DNA of 64,000 nt from Malacoraja senta. Its lineage: Eukaryota. The notes under the pieces were generated by a model. The model was not told the origin of the DNA and ran no database searches. It saw nothing but the letters and a program-made list of their open reading frames with translations. Numbering within the stretch: position 1 is the stretch's first letter; every line of letters begins with the position of its first letter. A program made the translations under genes and the position numbers. The stretch is from contig CM075990.1 in the NCBI GenBank assembly GCA_038087875.1, positions 5,148,001 to 5,212,000 on the forward strand, in the 5' to 3' direction. Below, piece by piece: positions 38,083 to 51,000 of this stretch.

Positions 38083-39010
38083 CTAGTTTAAAGTCTCCCC
38101 AGTGGCCTTTGCTGATCTCCCCGCCAGGATATCGGTCCCCCTCAGGTTCAAGTGCAACCCATCCTTTTTGTACAGGTCGCACCTTCCACAAAAGAGGTCC
38201 CAATGATCCAGAAATTTGAATCCCTGCCCTCTGCACCAGTCCTTCAGCCACGCATTTATCCTCCACCTCGCTCCATTCCTACTCTCACTGTCGCGTGGCA
38301 CAGGCAGTAATCCCGAGATTGTTCCCTTTGCTGTCCTTCTCCTTAACTCCCCTCCTAACTCCCTAAATTCTCCTTTCAGGACCTCTTCTCTTTTTTTACC
38401 TATGTCATTGGTACCTATATGTACCACGACCTCGGGCTCCTCTCCCTCCCCTTTCAGGATATCTTGGACACGTTGAGACACATCACAGACCCTGGCACCA
38501 GGGAGGCAAACTACCATCCGGGTCTCCCGACTGCGTCCACAGAATCGCCTGTCTGACCCCCTAACTATAGAGTCCCCTATTACTAATGCCCTCCTCTTCT
38601 TTTCCTTACCCTTCTGAGCAACAGGACCGGTCTCTGTACCGGAGGCCCGGCCGCTGTCGCTACCCCCAGGTAGGCTGTCCCCCTCAACAGTACTCAAACA
38701 GGAGTACTTATTGTCAAGGTGTACAGCCACCAGGGTACTCTCTAGTCCCTGCCTGTGCCCCTTGCCTCTCCCAACCGTGACCCACTTGCCTGCCTCCTGT
38801 GGTCTTGGAGTGACCACCTCCCTGCAACTCCTCTCAATGACTTCCTCGCTCTCCCTGACCAGACGGAGGTCATCGAGCTGCTGCTCCAGGTTCCTAATAC
38901 GGTCCCTTAGGAGCCCCATCTCGATGCACCTGGCGCAGATGTGGACGTCTGTCAGATTCCTTGATCTCCCACATCTGACATCCAGAACAACAAACTGCCC
39001 TGGCCCTCAT
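38083..39010 (-). pseudogene. CR1 ORF1 (CxxC..CxxC zinc finger, coiled coil, SGNH/GDSL esterase-like domain), frameshifted near the N-terminus
   Basis: MRARAVCCSGCQMWEI / DVHICARCIEMGLLRDRIRNLEQQL...ALVIGDSIVR...VHIGTND...DGLHLN; frame change near 38950. Confidence 0.88.
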
Positions 39011-39540
39011 ACTCCCCTTACCCTGGATACAATACATCTGACATCCAGAACAGTAAACTGCCCTGGCCCTCATACTCCCCTTACCCTGGATACAATACAT
39101 CTGGCATCCAGAACAGTAAACTGCCCTGGCCCTCATACTCCCCTTACCCTAGGATACAATACATCTGACATCCAGAACAGTAAACTGCCCTGGCCCTCAT
39201 ACTCCCCTTACCCTGGATACAATACATCTGACATCCAGAACAGTAAACTGCCCTGGCCCTCATACTCCCCTTACCCTGGATACAATACATCTGACATCCA
39301 GAACAGTAAACTGCCCTGGCCCTCATACTCCCCTTACCCTAGGATACAATACATCTGACATCCAGAACAGTAAACTGCCCTGGCCCTCATACTCCCCTTA
39401 CCCTGGATACAATACATCTGACATCCAGAACAGTAAACTGCCCTGGCCCTCATACTCCCCTTACCCTGGATACAATACATCTGACATCCAGAACAGTAAA
39501 CTGCCCTGGCCCTCATACTCCCCTTACCCTAGGATACAAT
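38971..39540. repeat. 63-bp tandem repeat x9 (higher-order unit 63+63+64 = 190 bp x3) spanning the CR1 ORF1 start codon
   Basis: Unit acatctgacatccagaacagtaaactgccctggccctcatactccccttaccct(a)ggatacaat, counted directly. Confidence 0.97.
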
Positions 39541-39692
39541 ACAAAACAAGCTGCTACAATACAGTACAATCAGCAGGGATCTGACTCCCAATCAGCTGCT
39601 CCCTCTTGTCTGCTTCCACCAATCAGCGGCTTCCTTAAGCCCACTTGTTTTTGAAGTGCGAGTGGAACTTGGAACGTTGCAGATTTCGGTTT

Positions 39693-39894
39693 CTCCTCCC
39701 TCTGCGACCTCTCCAACAGCTCTCGGGCCTCTGTAAGGAACAAGCCCCACGCTCCACTTTATCGCCTACCGCTCGGGTGTAGCTCCTCCCTCTGTGACCT
39801 CTCCAACGGCTCTCGGGCCTCTGTAAGGAACAAGCCCCACACTCCACTTTATCTCCTACCACTCGGGTGTAGCTCCTCACTCTGCGACCTCTCC
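39693..39894. repeat. 90-bp monomer repeats (~2.2 copies) at the CR1 5' end
   Basis: ctcctccctctgcgacctctccaacagctctcgggcctctgtaaggaacaagccccac... starts at 39693, 39783 and (partial) 39873. Confidence 0.9.
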
Positions 39895-41018
39895 TTCTCC
39901 CTGTGACCGCATGGGTTTTCTCAGAGATCTTCGGTTTCCACCCACAAACCAAAGACATACAGGTTTGAAGGTTAATTGGCTTGGCATAGCCATAAATTGT
40001 CCCAAGTGTGTGTGTGAGAGAGATAGTGTTAATGTGCGGGGATCGCTGGTCGGTGCGGACTCGGTGGGCTGAAGAGCCTGTTTCCGCGCTGCATCTCTAA
40101 AACGAAGATAGACATAAAATGCTGGAGTAACTCAGCGGGACGGGCAGCATCTCTGGAGAGAAGGAATGGGTGACGTTTCGGGTCAAGATCCTTCTTTCGT
40201 CCCGATGGCCCCTCTTCCTTCTCACCCGCCTTCCCCCACTTTAATTGATATGTTAAATTGCCCGTAATGTGCAGGGAGTGGATGTGAAAGTGGGATAACA
40301 TAGAACTGGTGTGAATGGGTGATCGATGGACTTGGTGGGCTGAAGGGCCTGTTTCCATGCTGTATCTCTAAAGTAAAACTCTTATCCCTTCCTCATAGTT
40401 TTCTGCTCACGGCCTGATCACAGGAGCTAAAAGCATAGATGAAGCATTCATGAGAAACTTTTGAAAGGGATTTGGTTCTTTGTTTTTGAAAAATAAATAT
40501 CTGCAGGCCCAAGGGAAGGGGAAATGTGGAAATGGGTAATTGGGCAACTGGAGATGTTGCAGGGCCACTCATCACTCTATGCTGTGACTCTATTAACTTG
40601 CTTTTGAACTTAGGCTTTGGACATTCGACATGAGTGCATCATTTGTGTATCTATGGAACTGTTGAGTGTTTGCTGTGGCCACAATCAACAATCCAGGAAT
40701 TCACAGTGTCCAAAAACACACTCCTTGCTAAAATTAAATAGAAAGTCTCTGTGAAGCAATTAAATCATAGAGGATGTTTGATATTTTCTTCAATTTTTTT
40801 GCCTTTAAACAACATATTTAAGATGGTAACTTGGAGCAGACTACATGTTCAGCACACAAATAAGTTTTTTTTAAAATCTGAGATTTTTTGTGGCTATTTT
40901 AGAGATAGAGTGTGGAAACCGAGTCCGCACCGACCAGCGATCCCCGCACACTAACGCTATTCTCCAAACACTAGGGACAATTTACAATTTTACCGAAGCC
41001 AATTAATCTACAAACCTG

Positions 41019-41235
41019 AAGGTACACAAAAATGCTGGAGAAACTCAGCGGGCGCAGCAGCATCTATGGAGCGAAGGAAATAGGTAACGTTTCGGGCCGA
41101 AACCCTTCTTCAGACTTCTCGGCCCGAAACGTTACCTATTTCCTTCGCTCCATAGATGCTGCTGCGCCCGCTGAGTTTCTCCAGCATTTTTGTGTACCTT
41201 CGATTTTCCAGCATCTGCAGTTCCTTCTTTAACAC
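41019..41235. mobile_element. Palindromic non-coding Penelope pLTR insertion with a 16-bp TSD
   Basis: Inverted pLTR plus direct pLTR with near-perfect ~80 bp arms; TTAATCTACAAACCTG duplicated at 41003-41018 and 41236-41251; inserted within a SINE. Confidence 0.85.
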
Positions 41236-41360
41236 TTAATCTACAAACCTGCACTTCTTTGGAGTGTGGGAGGAAATCGGATCACCTGGAGAAACCCCAC
41301 GTGGAGAACGTACAACTCTGTACAGACAGCACTCGTGGTCAGAATTTAATAAGTTAACAA

Positions 41361-42028
41361 TGTGTCCTTGGCCCGCAAATTACGCGACCTCGTCATCGCG
41401 TTGAGGTGCACGGGCATCGTGTGGCTGCGCGGGGCCGGTCCCACTGAGAAGCGCGGAGGGGTATGGAGTTGTGCGCGATATCGCGCGGAGCTCCGAAATT
41501 TTGTAGCGAGTGAACGAAATCTTTGCGCGCCACCAGCCTGTCGCGAAACTGACGACCAAAGTGGGACAGGCCCAAGACCCTGGCGCGACGCAACGTCTCA
41601 CCTCCAAAAGCAGCAGAAGCAGGCAAACGATCGCCGAGCTCGGCCTGGGGCTCACGGCCGTTGCGGTCCGGATCCACCCCCACTTCTACTCCCAGAGCAG
41701 GGCCAAGAAAATTGAAGATGGACACAAAATGCTGGAGTATCTCAGCGAGACCGGCAGCAACTCTGGAGAGAAGGAATGGATGACGTTTTGGGTCAAGACC
41801 CTTCTTTCAGACTGAAGAAGGGTCTCGACCCGAAACATCACCCATTGTTTCTCTCCAGAGATGCTGCCGGTCCCGCTGACTTACTCCTGCATTTTGTGTC
41901 CATCTTCAAATGATGTCACGCCCTCCAGACGGCTGTGTGGACGCATTAAGTCGCGCGGGACCTTCGCGCCTCAACGCGACGAGGTCACGTAATTAGCGTG
42001 CCAAGGACACGTAAATGGGACAGGGGCT
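41361..42028. mobile_element. CpG-rich Harbinger-like MITE (left tip lost) carrying a palindromic pLTR insertion at ~41712-41908
   Basis: Inverted match between gtgtccttggcccgcaaattacgcgacctcgtc and gacgaggtcacgtaattagcgtgccaaggacac, then ...tgggacaggggct|taa. Confidence 0.7.
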
Positions 42029-45000
42029 TAAGGCAGCAAGTCTACCTTGCCAAGGCAAAGGTTCACCTTCACCACTCACCCACCCACCAAGTCTGTACTT
42101 ACCAGATGACAAGCGGTAATGTCTTTAATAATGCCAGCTGTAACCCAGCTGGTGGGAGATGCGGACTCCAGGCACCTCCAGTCAGCACAACTGCAGCAAA
42201 CAGCTACAAGGAAGTTTGTTTTTTGTGTTCACACACATGGTGCAGGAGCCAGAGAGCTTCTTCACACCTGGAGAGGGAAATGCCTGAAGCTGCACATAGA
42301 ACCAGGTTTAAAAACAGCTGCTTTCCTACAAACTATCAGTATGTTGAACCAACCTGCGCAATCCCAATCTGACCTTGGCAACGGAACTCTATGGACCATT
42401 TCTTGCATTAGTTTTAGTTTTAGAGATAGAGTAGAAACTGGCCCTTTGGCCCACCGAGTCCATGCCGACCAGCGATCCCCGCATATTAACACGATCCTAC
42501 ACACAAGGGACAATTTTTTTGTCGTCATTTTACCATGGCAATTTACCCACATACCTGTATGTCTTCAGAGCGTGGGAGGAAACCGCAGATCTCGGAGAAA
42601 ACCCACGCAGGTCACTGGGAGAACGTACAAACAGCACCCGGAGTCAGGATCGAACCCAGGATCGAAAGCAGCAACTCTACCGCTACACCACTGTGCCGAC
42701 TACTGTGGAGTTGTTTTCCAATTGTCTTTATTTCTGGGTTTTTTCTTTCATCATCTTGCAGAATTTATGTGCAATTTATGATTTTGTACGTTGTCCGAGT
42801 CTATGAGTTGTGTGTGTGATGCTGTTCAAAGGAAGATTTTCATTGTACCTTTACCACTCTGCACCTGTGCATATAATAAACTCAACAACTTGAACTCCCA
42901 TGATTTATTCCAGGTAAATCCACCATCTACATAGTGGTGCAGTGGTAGATGGGCTGCCTTACAAGGCAGTGACGCAGGTTCGATCCCAACGACAGGCACT
43001 GTTTGAGTGGAGTTTCCACGTTTGCCCTGCGTGGGTTTTCTACGTGGATAATTGAACAAACTTATTTCCTCATTTATTTGCAACACAGTGGTCAGCTTTG
43101 AAGTAAATTGGCTACAATTTAATATTCGGGAGCTTTTTAGAGTTACTTATTAGGATCGTTGAAACAAGTTATTTTGGGATTTTTTCAGAGCCCCTCTGAT
43201 ATATAATGGCAATTAATTTGAGCTGGGGGCTGGTGTCATTGAATACGAGGTAACCTCAAGAGACCACTATACATCTTGAGCCGACGTGCAGAATTTCATG
43301 TGAGTGGTGTACCAACACAAGATGTGGAAACTCTAGACAAACCTGTTGTTTTCAAAGCATCAATAACAATGGCTCTCATACCCTCACACACTATAATTGA
43401 GTTACACACTCCATCTCTCATTAGTCTAGCAAATAACTGCGGGGTGCTTCTGACAGTTACAATATGGCGAAACCGTGCATTATAATGCCAATGAAGAACT
43501 GGAAACCTTGCAAAACTTCAGAGAGGCGACATAACTCAACATTGTGACAGGCTTGAGATGTGTGCGTAGGAAGGAACTGCAGATGCTGGTTTCACCGAAG
43601 ATGGACACAAAATGCTGGAGTAACTCAGCTGGACAGGCAGCACCTCTGAAGAGAAGGAACGGTTGAATGGGGTGTGCACCCCTTTGTAGGTATGGATATC
43701 AGGCTAGGTTTTACATACTTTTAAAATTAATAATATGATGGGAGGTTGTTTGCATGTAGGCCTCCCGGCAAGAGATATTTGTAACCAAGGAACAGCCTGC
43801 ACAGCAAATTGATTTTTCCCCAATGGAGGCATTCAGAAAAAAAAGTTTATCACCAAGTTCCAATTAGAGTTGGCCTAACATAGTGAAATCGGGAAACATT
43901 ATTTCACATCAAAAGCCTGTGTTTCATCCATTGTATGCCTGAAATGGATCCAATTCCGAAATCAGGGATATAATTGAGCAGGTGTAGGATGTTTTGAGGG
44001 GCATGGATGGTCCACTTGGTAGATGGACAGACCAACAGGCATGCTGTGGGAATCTTGGATAGACAAAATGCTGGAGGAACTCAGCGGGTCAGGCAGCATC
44101 CCTGGAGAGAAGGAATGGACGACGTTTCGGGTCAAGACCATTCTTCCGACACATGAAAACAGAATCTCAGAATCTTAAGTGCAGGACCGCAGAGGTAGCT
44201 GTTTCAGGACATGGAGATCACATGTAAGTTTGCACAAAGCCAAAGAGATTGAGCCTTAAATTCTTGGCGCACTGGGACCATGCCCGGGGAACGTGGCACC
44301 TGTAGCCAAGCATGGTACTGCTCAACAGGGCTGGGACCCATCTCCTGGCAAGGTAGCAGTAGTTGGGAACAATAACTGGGAGATTACCAGAGGAAAAAGA
44401 GAATAGGAAGAACACAGTTGAGTTTAAAGAGGCCCTTCGGCCCTCAGAGCTCATACCAACCAGCACATTAACGCTATCCTACACACTAGGGACAATTTAC
44501 ACATACACCAATCTAATTTGCGTACACACCTGCACGTCTGGAGTGTGGGAGAAAACCCAGAATGTCACGGGGAGAACGCAGAATCGGTGTTTTTGGTTAG
44601 AATGGTAGGTGTACTCTTAAAATGACAGCAAAGGTTCAGTGCAGAGAAAGCATACAAAGCTGCTGAATAATTGCAGCATTTCTGCAAGAAACAATGGAGA
44701 TTTGTTATGCTGGAGCAGGAGTCACATTGAAACATCATTCGGATTGATACACTTAAGTTTAGAGATACAGCATGGAAACTGGCCCTTTGGCCCACCAAAT
44801 CCACGCTGACCATCAATCTCACTAGTTCTATCTTATCCCACTTTCCAATCCACTGCTGACAGACATGGGGCAATTTACAGAAGCCAATTAAGCTACAAAC
44901 ACCCACATCCAAAAAGGAGTGTGAGGAAACCAGAGCACCCAGAGGAAACCCACCTGGTCACAGGCAGAACGTGCAAACTCCACACAGAACTGAACCCAAG

Positions 45001-45154
45001 TCTCAAGCACAGTGCGGTAGCAGCTCTACCGATCGTACCACTGTGCTGCCATTTGAGAAGTGAGTTACTGCACTGCTTCGACACAATGCTTTGTCGCGAG
45101 TACAACTAATCCTCGGACCCCTTACCAAAAGTATGAATGAAAATATAAAACACA

Positions 45155-47846
45155 AAGAAAGGAAGTTAAATTGTTTATTTTAAATATTGCCTCTGTTAAA
45201 ATAGGAACAAGTGGCACTGATACAAGTGCATCAAGATCTACACAATAACATGGTTCACAGCAGGTTCCAGACTACAGTGTTGGTGAACAGGAGATTGCCA
45301 CACTATAGGGACATTGACTTTAATAAAGCAGAGACTAGTCTGCTCAGACTTGCTGACCGGCGAGATGATTAGTTGTTCTTCAAGCTCTTGTTAAGTACAT
45401 ACATCAAGCAAAAGGCAAGTTGGGGTTCTGTCCCATGGTTTTATAGACTTGGGCACCTGCAAACCCACCGCCAATATTCTGGTGGGATGCAGGGATTTCA
45501 TCAAATAAATTAGACTGGCACATCCCACTCATCCATGACTTGGTGTCAAACCTTCTCACCTCATTCCTCCCCAGCTGAATCATTAAGGTTGCAGGTGAAA
45601 GGAATGTTTTGATTGTTATATGATCGGGTCGGTGGCATTCACATTAGGGGGGGGGGGGGGGGGGATAACAGCATACATCAGCGGTACAATGTTATCCAAT
45701 CTGCGTAAAACTAGCATGTCCGCAGCCGCATGAGGGGCAGGTGGATAAAGGGCAGAGGTCACGCCCCGAGTAGGCGAGGTCAGTTTGAAATAAAAGCTCA
45801 ATTTGCAATCAATTTCAAAACCGTAATGGAATATCTGTGGCCTTGTCCATTGTCGAGTCAGGTCCCTTTCAGCAGGAGTTCAATTTGCTTTAAACTTCCG
45901 AGCCATCAATTAAACCCGTTTGGAGTCAACTCATGACCAGGCGATTAAAGATCATTCCTTGGCGCTTAGATCTGCACTGCTGGTCCAGCTGAGAGGAGTC
46001 ACTCCAGAGGCACCACAATGAACAGGAACCACCACACAGGGAGGTACTGGAGCAGAGGTTAGAATCGAATCACCCAAATGCTGCTGCTGCTCATCACGGA
46101 GGGCAAACGGACATCTCAATTGCCAATTTATGAGACACCAAGGAGAGAGAGGGAAAAAAAAGAAGAAAAAAAAAAAAAAAAAGCATTTGCCGGGGCCATA
46201 CCCAGCCTGGTTTGTTTTCTCTGGAGATCAAGTTGTACTGTGTGTGGGAGGATGCAGGAGCTGCTGTTTCTGGAGCAAGGCTGCGCACCAAGCTGGTTCC
46301 AGGAGTAAAGGACACAGAGTAACTCAGCGGGTCAGGCAGCATCTCTGACAAACATGGGATGCATGACGTTTTGGGTTGGGATCCTTCTCCCAGACTCCTA
46401 ACGTTCCCAATGGCTTTGGGAAACTTTAATCAGCCCTGGCGACCTGGGACAACTTCAACAGCAAGAGATTTTTGTTTTTAATATCGTGTTTAATTATATT
46501 ACTATTAACTTTCAGCATGATTATTGAAGCACAACATTCAGTCACACAAAAGACAATGGCATCACACCTTACACCAAAAGGAAATTCAAAGACTGGAAAA
46601 AAAACCTCAGAACAAAGCATCTTCCAAAGGAAACTTCATATACAGTACATTCCTGACCCATCTAAAGTTCCAACTCCAGAAAAGACCCACAGGCAAACCT
46701 GTATATTGATACACTGAGTATTAGAAACAAAGATTGTGTTTGGTGCAGGTAGATTCTCACGCTTACAAACAATTGGTGCAAACTGTCCATCAGTCAATGT
46801 CCAATAGTGTACAGAGCACAATGTGTGCCAAAGCTCAACTCTTCCCCTCCCCCTTAAAGGAGGCTAGACCATGGATTTCAATTTATGTTAGAACTGTTAC
46901 GTGGGTTAACAAGAAATTGAAGTGGAGAGGGGAATGGGGAAAATGCAATAGTGTCAAATGCTTGATGGTCAATGGTTAGTCGCTCAGCATTTGCTTTCAT
47001 CGGGCGAAAAAAAAAAAGTACTGGCGAGCTTGGGATGGATCAGGGTTGGATTGTGAGGTGCTGGAACTATTGAGTGGTCTTAAGGCCAATAAGCAACTCA
47101 AATGCAGACAAAATAAATAGGAGTGGGGCTAATGATCTACGGCACACAGTTAACAAACACAAACTTAAAATCCAACTTATTACAAAAGGCAATGGGCAAA
47201 AGTGATATACTGCATGGAGTGAGACCATATACTTGAAATGTGTAATAGATGGCTATGAATGGCATGCCATCAACCGTTGCAAGCTCTGGGAGTAGCCAGC
47301 ATTTGAGAGGCATGGTCATCCCAATCCAAATCATTTCCGTATCATTGACGTTGGCAAACTCTGCCAAATATTTACAAAAAGCACTTCCCTCTGATCCAGT
47401 ATTTTTTTTTTTTTCCTTAAATTTGTATCTCTTGCACCTGGCTGCGCTGAGAGTTAAGATGGAATCCTTTAATGCAAAATCTTTACCCGTGCAAGCAAGG
47501 TAAGAATGGATGGGTGTTGGGAGCTAACACTGTTACTAAACAGTTCTGGAGAAACAAGCAACATACCAGATGCCCCAAAGATTACCATTCAGCAAGGTGT
47601 CAATTCCAAAATTGAGCAAGAACCTACTGTCTACTATCAACAATGAAGCACAATGTTATATTTACAGCCGCTTGCTATTCTCAAATCTTTCATCAGTTTA
47701 CTGGTAACGTGGAGAGAGGAGACTTCTTAAAAAGGATTCCACCTTAAAAATCATAACTGCTGACAAAACTGCCTTCGTGACTGGTGGAGTCTTTGGCATT
47801 TTGGGGAGCAACAGTGTACGTTGACAGTCTGCTCACTCAAGCGCCC
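45155..47846 (-). other. scd: Putative ~2.7 kb 3' UTR of scd
   Basis: Repeat-poor stretch between the stop codon and a poly(A) signal, contrasting with the repeat-dense flanks; SCD1 genes are known to have long 3' UTRs. The end coordinate is inferred. Confidence 0.7.
45174..45179 (-). terminator. Polyadenylation signal AATAAA of scd
   Basis: Minus strand reads ...atttaaAATAAAcaatttaacttcctttctttgtgttttatatttt..., a hexamer followed by a U/GU-rich downstream element; repeats resume just beyond. Confidence 0.75.
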
Positions 47847-48046
47847 TCAGCCACTTCTGATGCTGCCGTCTCCAGTTCTCCTCCTGCGGGCCAAGATCAA
47901 CTCATGCGAGGCCACCTTACAGTTACTGGCCAGCCCGAGCAAACGCGATATGTTGATGAAACAGGTGGTGACGTTTCCTCGCCATCCGTACTCGCTGGTA
48001 GAGTAGTCGTACGGGAACGTGTGATGGTAGTTGTGGAATCCTTCAC
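47847..48046 (-). CDS. scd: Stearoyl-CoA desaturase, coding part of the last exon (6)
   Basis: GEGFHNYHHTFPYDYSTSEYGWRGNVTTCFINISRLLGLASNCKVASHELILARRRRTGDGSIRSG*, with the third His box HNYHH. Acceptor cattttgcag|; TGA at 47849-47847. The C-terminal RTGDGxxxSG resembles SCD1/fish scd rather than SCD5. Confidence 0.97.
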
Positions 48047-51000
48047 CTGCAAAATGACGAGGGGGAGAAATTCTCAGCATCAATTTACCAACAATAAGGG
48101 CGAACCCAGAAATGTAACCAAAACAATAGCAACCCCGTCATCACCAGAATACCCAACCGACAGATATCCAGCCCTACAGGCAAGAGCAGACACAAAGTGC
48201 TGGAGTAACTCAGCAGGTCAGGCAGCATCTCTGGAGGAACAAAAAAGGAGGGGTGACGTTTCGGATCGCGATCTTTAGTGAGGGGGTGGTGAATCTGTGC
48301 CACAGAAGACCGTTGAGGCCAAGCCAGTGGATATTTTTTAAGGAAGAGATAGATTCTTGATTAGTACAGGTGTCAGAGGTTATAGGGAGAAGGCAGGAGA
48401 ATGGGGTTGGGAGGGAGAGATAGATCAGCAGTGGATTTGATGGGCTAATCCCACTCCTATTCCATATGACCCTTCCTTCAGACCCGAAAAGGCACCCATC
48501 CTTTTTCTCCAGAGGTGCAGACACACCGAGTTACTCCAGAATTTTGTGTCAATCTTTGGTATAAACCAGCATCTGCAGTTCTTTGTTTCTACTCCTCCAG
48601 TCAAACGTTTAATTGTTATATTCCAACAACAGAACAATTAAATTCTTACTTACAACAGTGTAACAGATCCAAAACAATGTATAAATAAAATCAATTAATT
48701 GAAATACTATTGTAAAAAAAAATCTTGTGTAACCTCGCTAAACTGCTATTTAATATCTTCACTGTCTCCAGTTTTCACCAAATAGAGAAATTACCACTTT
48801 TCAGCTCCAGCGCTGGCAATCTTATCTTCCTCACCCCAGCACTGGGCACAGAGCCATCAGAAAAGCAAATTCACCAACATAACCCCGGATCTGAACGCCA
48901 GCCAGCTCCTTTCTGAATGCAAAGTAAAGGGAGGCATGGTGGTGCAGTGGTAGAGTTGCTGCCTTACAGTGCCAGAGACCCGAGTTCAATCCTGACTACG
49001 GGTGCTGTCTGTAGGGAGTTTGCACGTTCTCCCAGTGACCCGTGTGGGTTTTCCCCAGGAGCTCCGGTTTCCTCCCATACTCCAAAGACGCACAGGTTTG
49101 TAGGTTATTTTGGCTTTGGTTAAAAAAAATTGTCAATTGTCCCTAGTGTGTGTGTAGGATCGTGCCAGTGCATGGGGATTGCTGGTCGGCATGGACTCAC
49201 TGGGCAAAAGGGCCCGTTTCCGTGCTGTATCTCTAACGTAAACTGAAGTTTGCAGATAGATACAATGCCTGAAGTGCCGATTGTGACTGTAAGCACTGCT
49301 CCTTGTTCTCATGGAGGCAGTTCCAGACTTAATTCACACATTAACGTTTGCATGAAGTTGAACCTCCCCTGAAGCATGCACTATTTCTTCTTTGTTGATT
49401 GATGCAGGTGCCACCTCAAGACTAAACCTCATTCAAAACATCCTCCAGGGACCATTTAAAGACCCGGCTTCCTCACAATTACTCCACTTTCAACTGAATT
49501 TGTGGGGTATCACGCACTGTTTCATCCACAATTTGGCTCCAAAGTTGGCTTCCGGTTCCACTATCACCCAAGCACCCTCTCCTCCTTCCTGTGAGATGGG
49601 CCATAAAACCAATTTTGAGTCGGGCACTGGCCAACAAAAGGCAGTTCTGTGGTCAAATAAGATGCAAGTAACCGATTTAAAAAAAGTTGCTGATTTATGC
49701 GGATCACTGGAATATTGCCGAGTTTAGTGACAGAGTGGACAGGCTGGGTTTGTTTCCCTTGGGGAGACGGAGGCCAAAGGGAGACTCGATAGAGGTGCAT
49801 AAAATTATACAACAGGTTGAGATAGGACAGAGAGTTATAGCCTTTTTGCATGGTAGTGGTATAAAACACAAGAGCATGGGTTTAAGGCGAGAAGGGAGAT
49901 TTCAAAAGACAGTAGAAGGGGCAAATCCTTTTATTTATCCCAAACTGTCTGGAGCTTGCTGCTAGATTTACAAACCCCTATGTTTAAGAGGCATTCGTTA
50001 TAGGCAAGCCACGAAAGGATACAGTCCAACTGAAAGATAATGGGACTTTTATAGGTGGATCAAAATGGTCGTGGCGGGCCGAAGGGCCCAGTTACTGTGC
50101 TGTATAGTTACAATACTCCTACAAAAGTAGAATTTTCAATTTCAATTAAGAATGTCGAAGCAAGGAACTGTAGATGCTGGTTTATCAAGATGAGAAAAAA
50201 AGGTTGGAGTAACTCAGCAAGTCAGGCAGCTACCTTGGAGAACATGGATAAGTGACATTTCTGGTCAGGACACTCGAGTTATTTTACTCAAAACGTCAGC
50301 TAATCCTGTTCCCCAGGGATATTGCCTGAGCCACTGAGTTAGCTGCTCCAGCGCTGTGCGTCTTTCAAATTTATAAATGTTGCTTATAAAAACAAAATAT
50401 TGCGGAAGCTGAAAATACTTGACATATCAGGTTGCATTTGTGGAGAGAGAATCAGCTAATGTTTCAGACATCAGAATTATGAACCAAACATCCCTTCCCC
50501 AGCACAAGCCCAACTGGTCATGTTGCCACCATCTAAGCTCAATTTCACTTCACAGATGCTGTCCAATGCAAGTATTTGTAAGGGTGGTGAATCTGTGGAA
50601 TTCTTGGCAACAGAAAGCTGTGGATGCAACGTCAGTGGATATATTTAAGGCAGATAGATTCTTGATTAGTGTGGCTGTCAGAGGTTATGGGGAGAAGGCA
50701 CGAGAATGGGGTTTGGAGGGAGAGATAGATCAGCCACGATTGAATGGCAGAGTAGACTTGATGGGCCGAATGGCCTAATTCTGCTCCTAACTGTTAGGAG
50801 CTATTTCCAGCATTTTGGATTTTATTATTGCTTATAACAGCTCTCACACTCCATGTAACATTGTGGGTTAAGACCAGTGAAACCACTGGTACCAGCCTGG
50901 CTTCCATTACTTTTCCGTGTTCAACAGCACACACACGTGACCATGACCTAACCCACCCTTGACCAGAGGACAATGCTTTGTCAACTGCCTCCCCTCAATG

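Larger units (their letters stand above)
34879..39894 (-). mobile_element. Full-length CR1-clade LINE (HER1-like), inactivated, inserted in a SINE
   Basis: 5' UTR with tandem repeats, ORF1, ORF2 and the CR1 3' tail (...cctattttctatgtatctatg). The host SINE head (34805-34878) resumes at 39895. Confidence 0.95.

Noticed and set aside
1..45000. wnt8b exons, expected downstream of scd by synteny
   Set aside because: I could not find SVNNFLMTGPK or other Wnt motifs by eye or in the ORF track; the gene, if present, lies outside the window.
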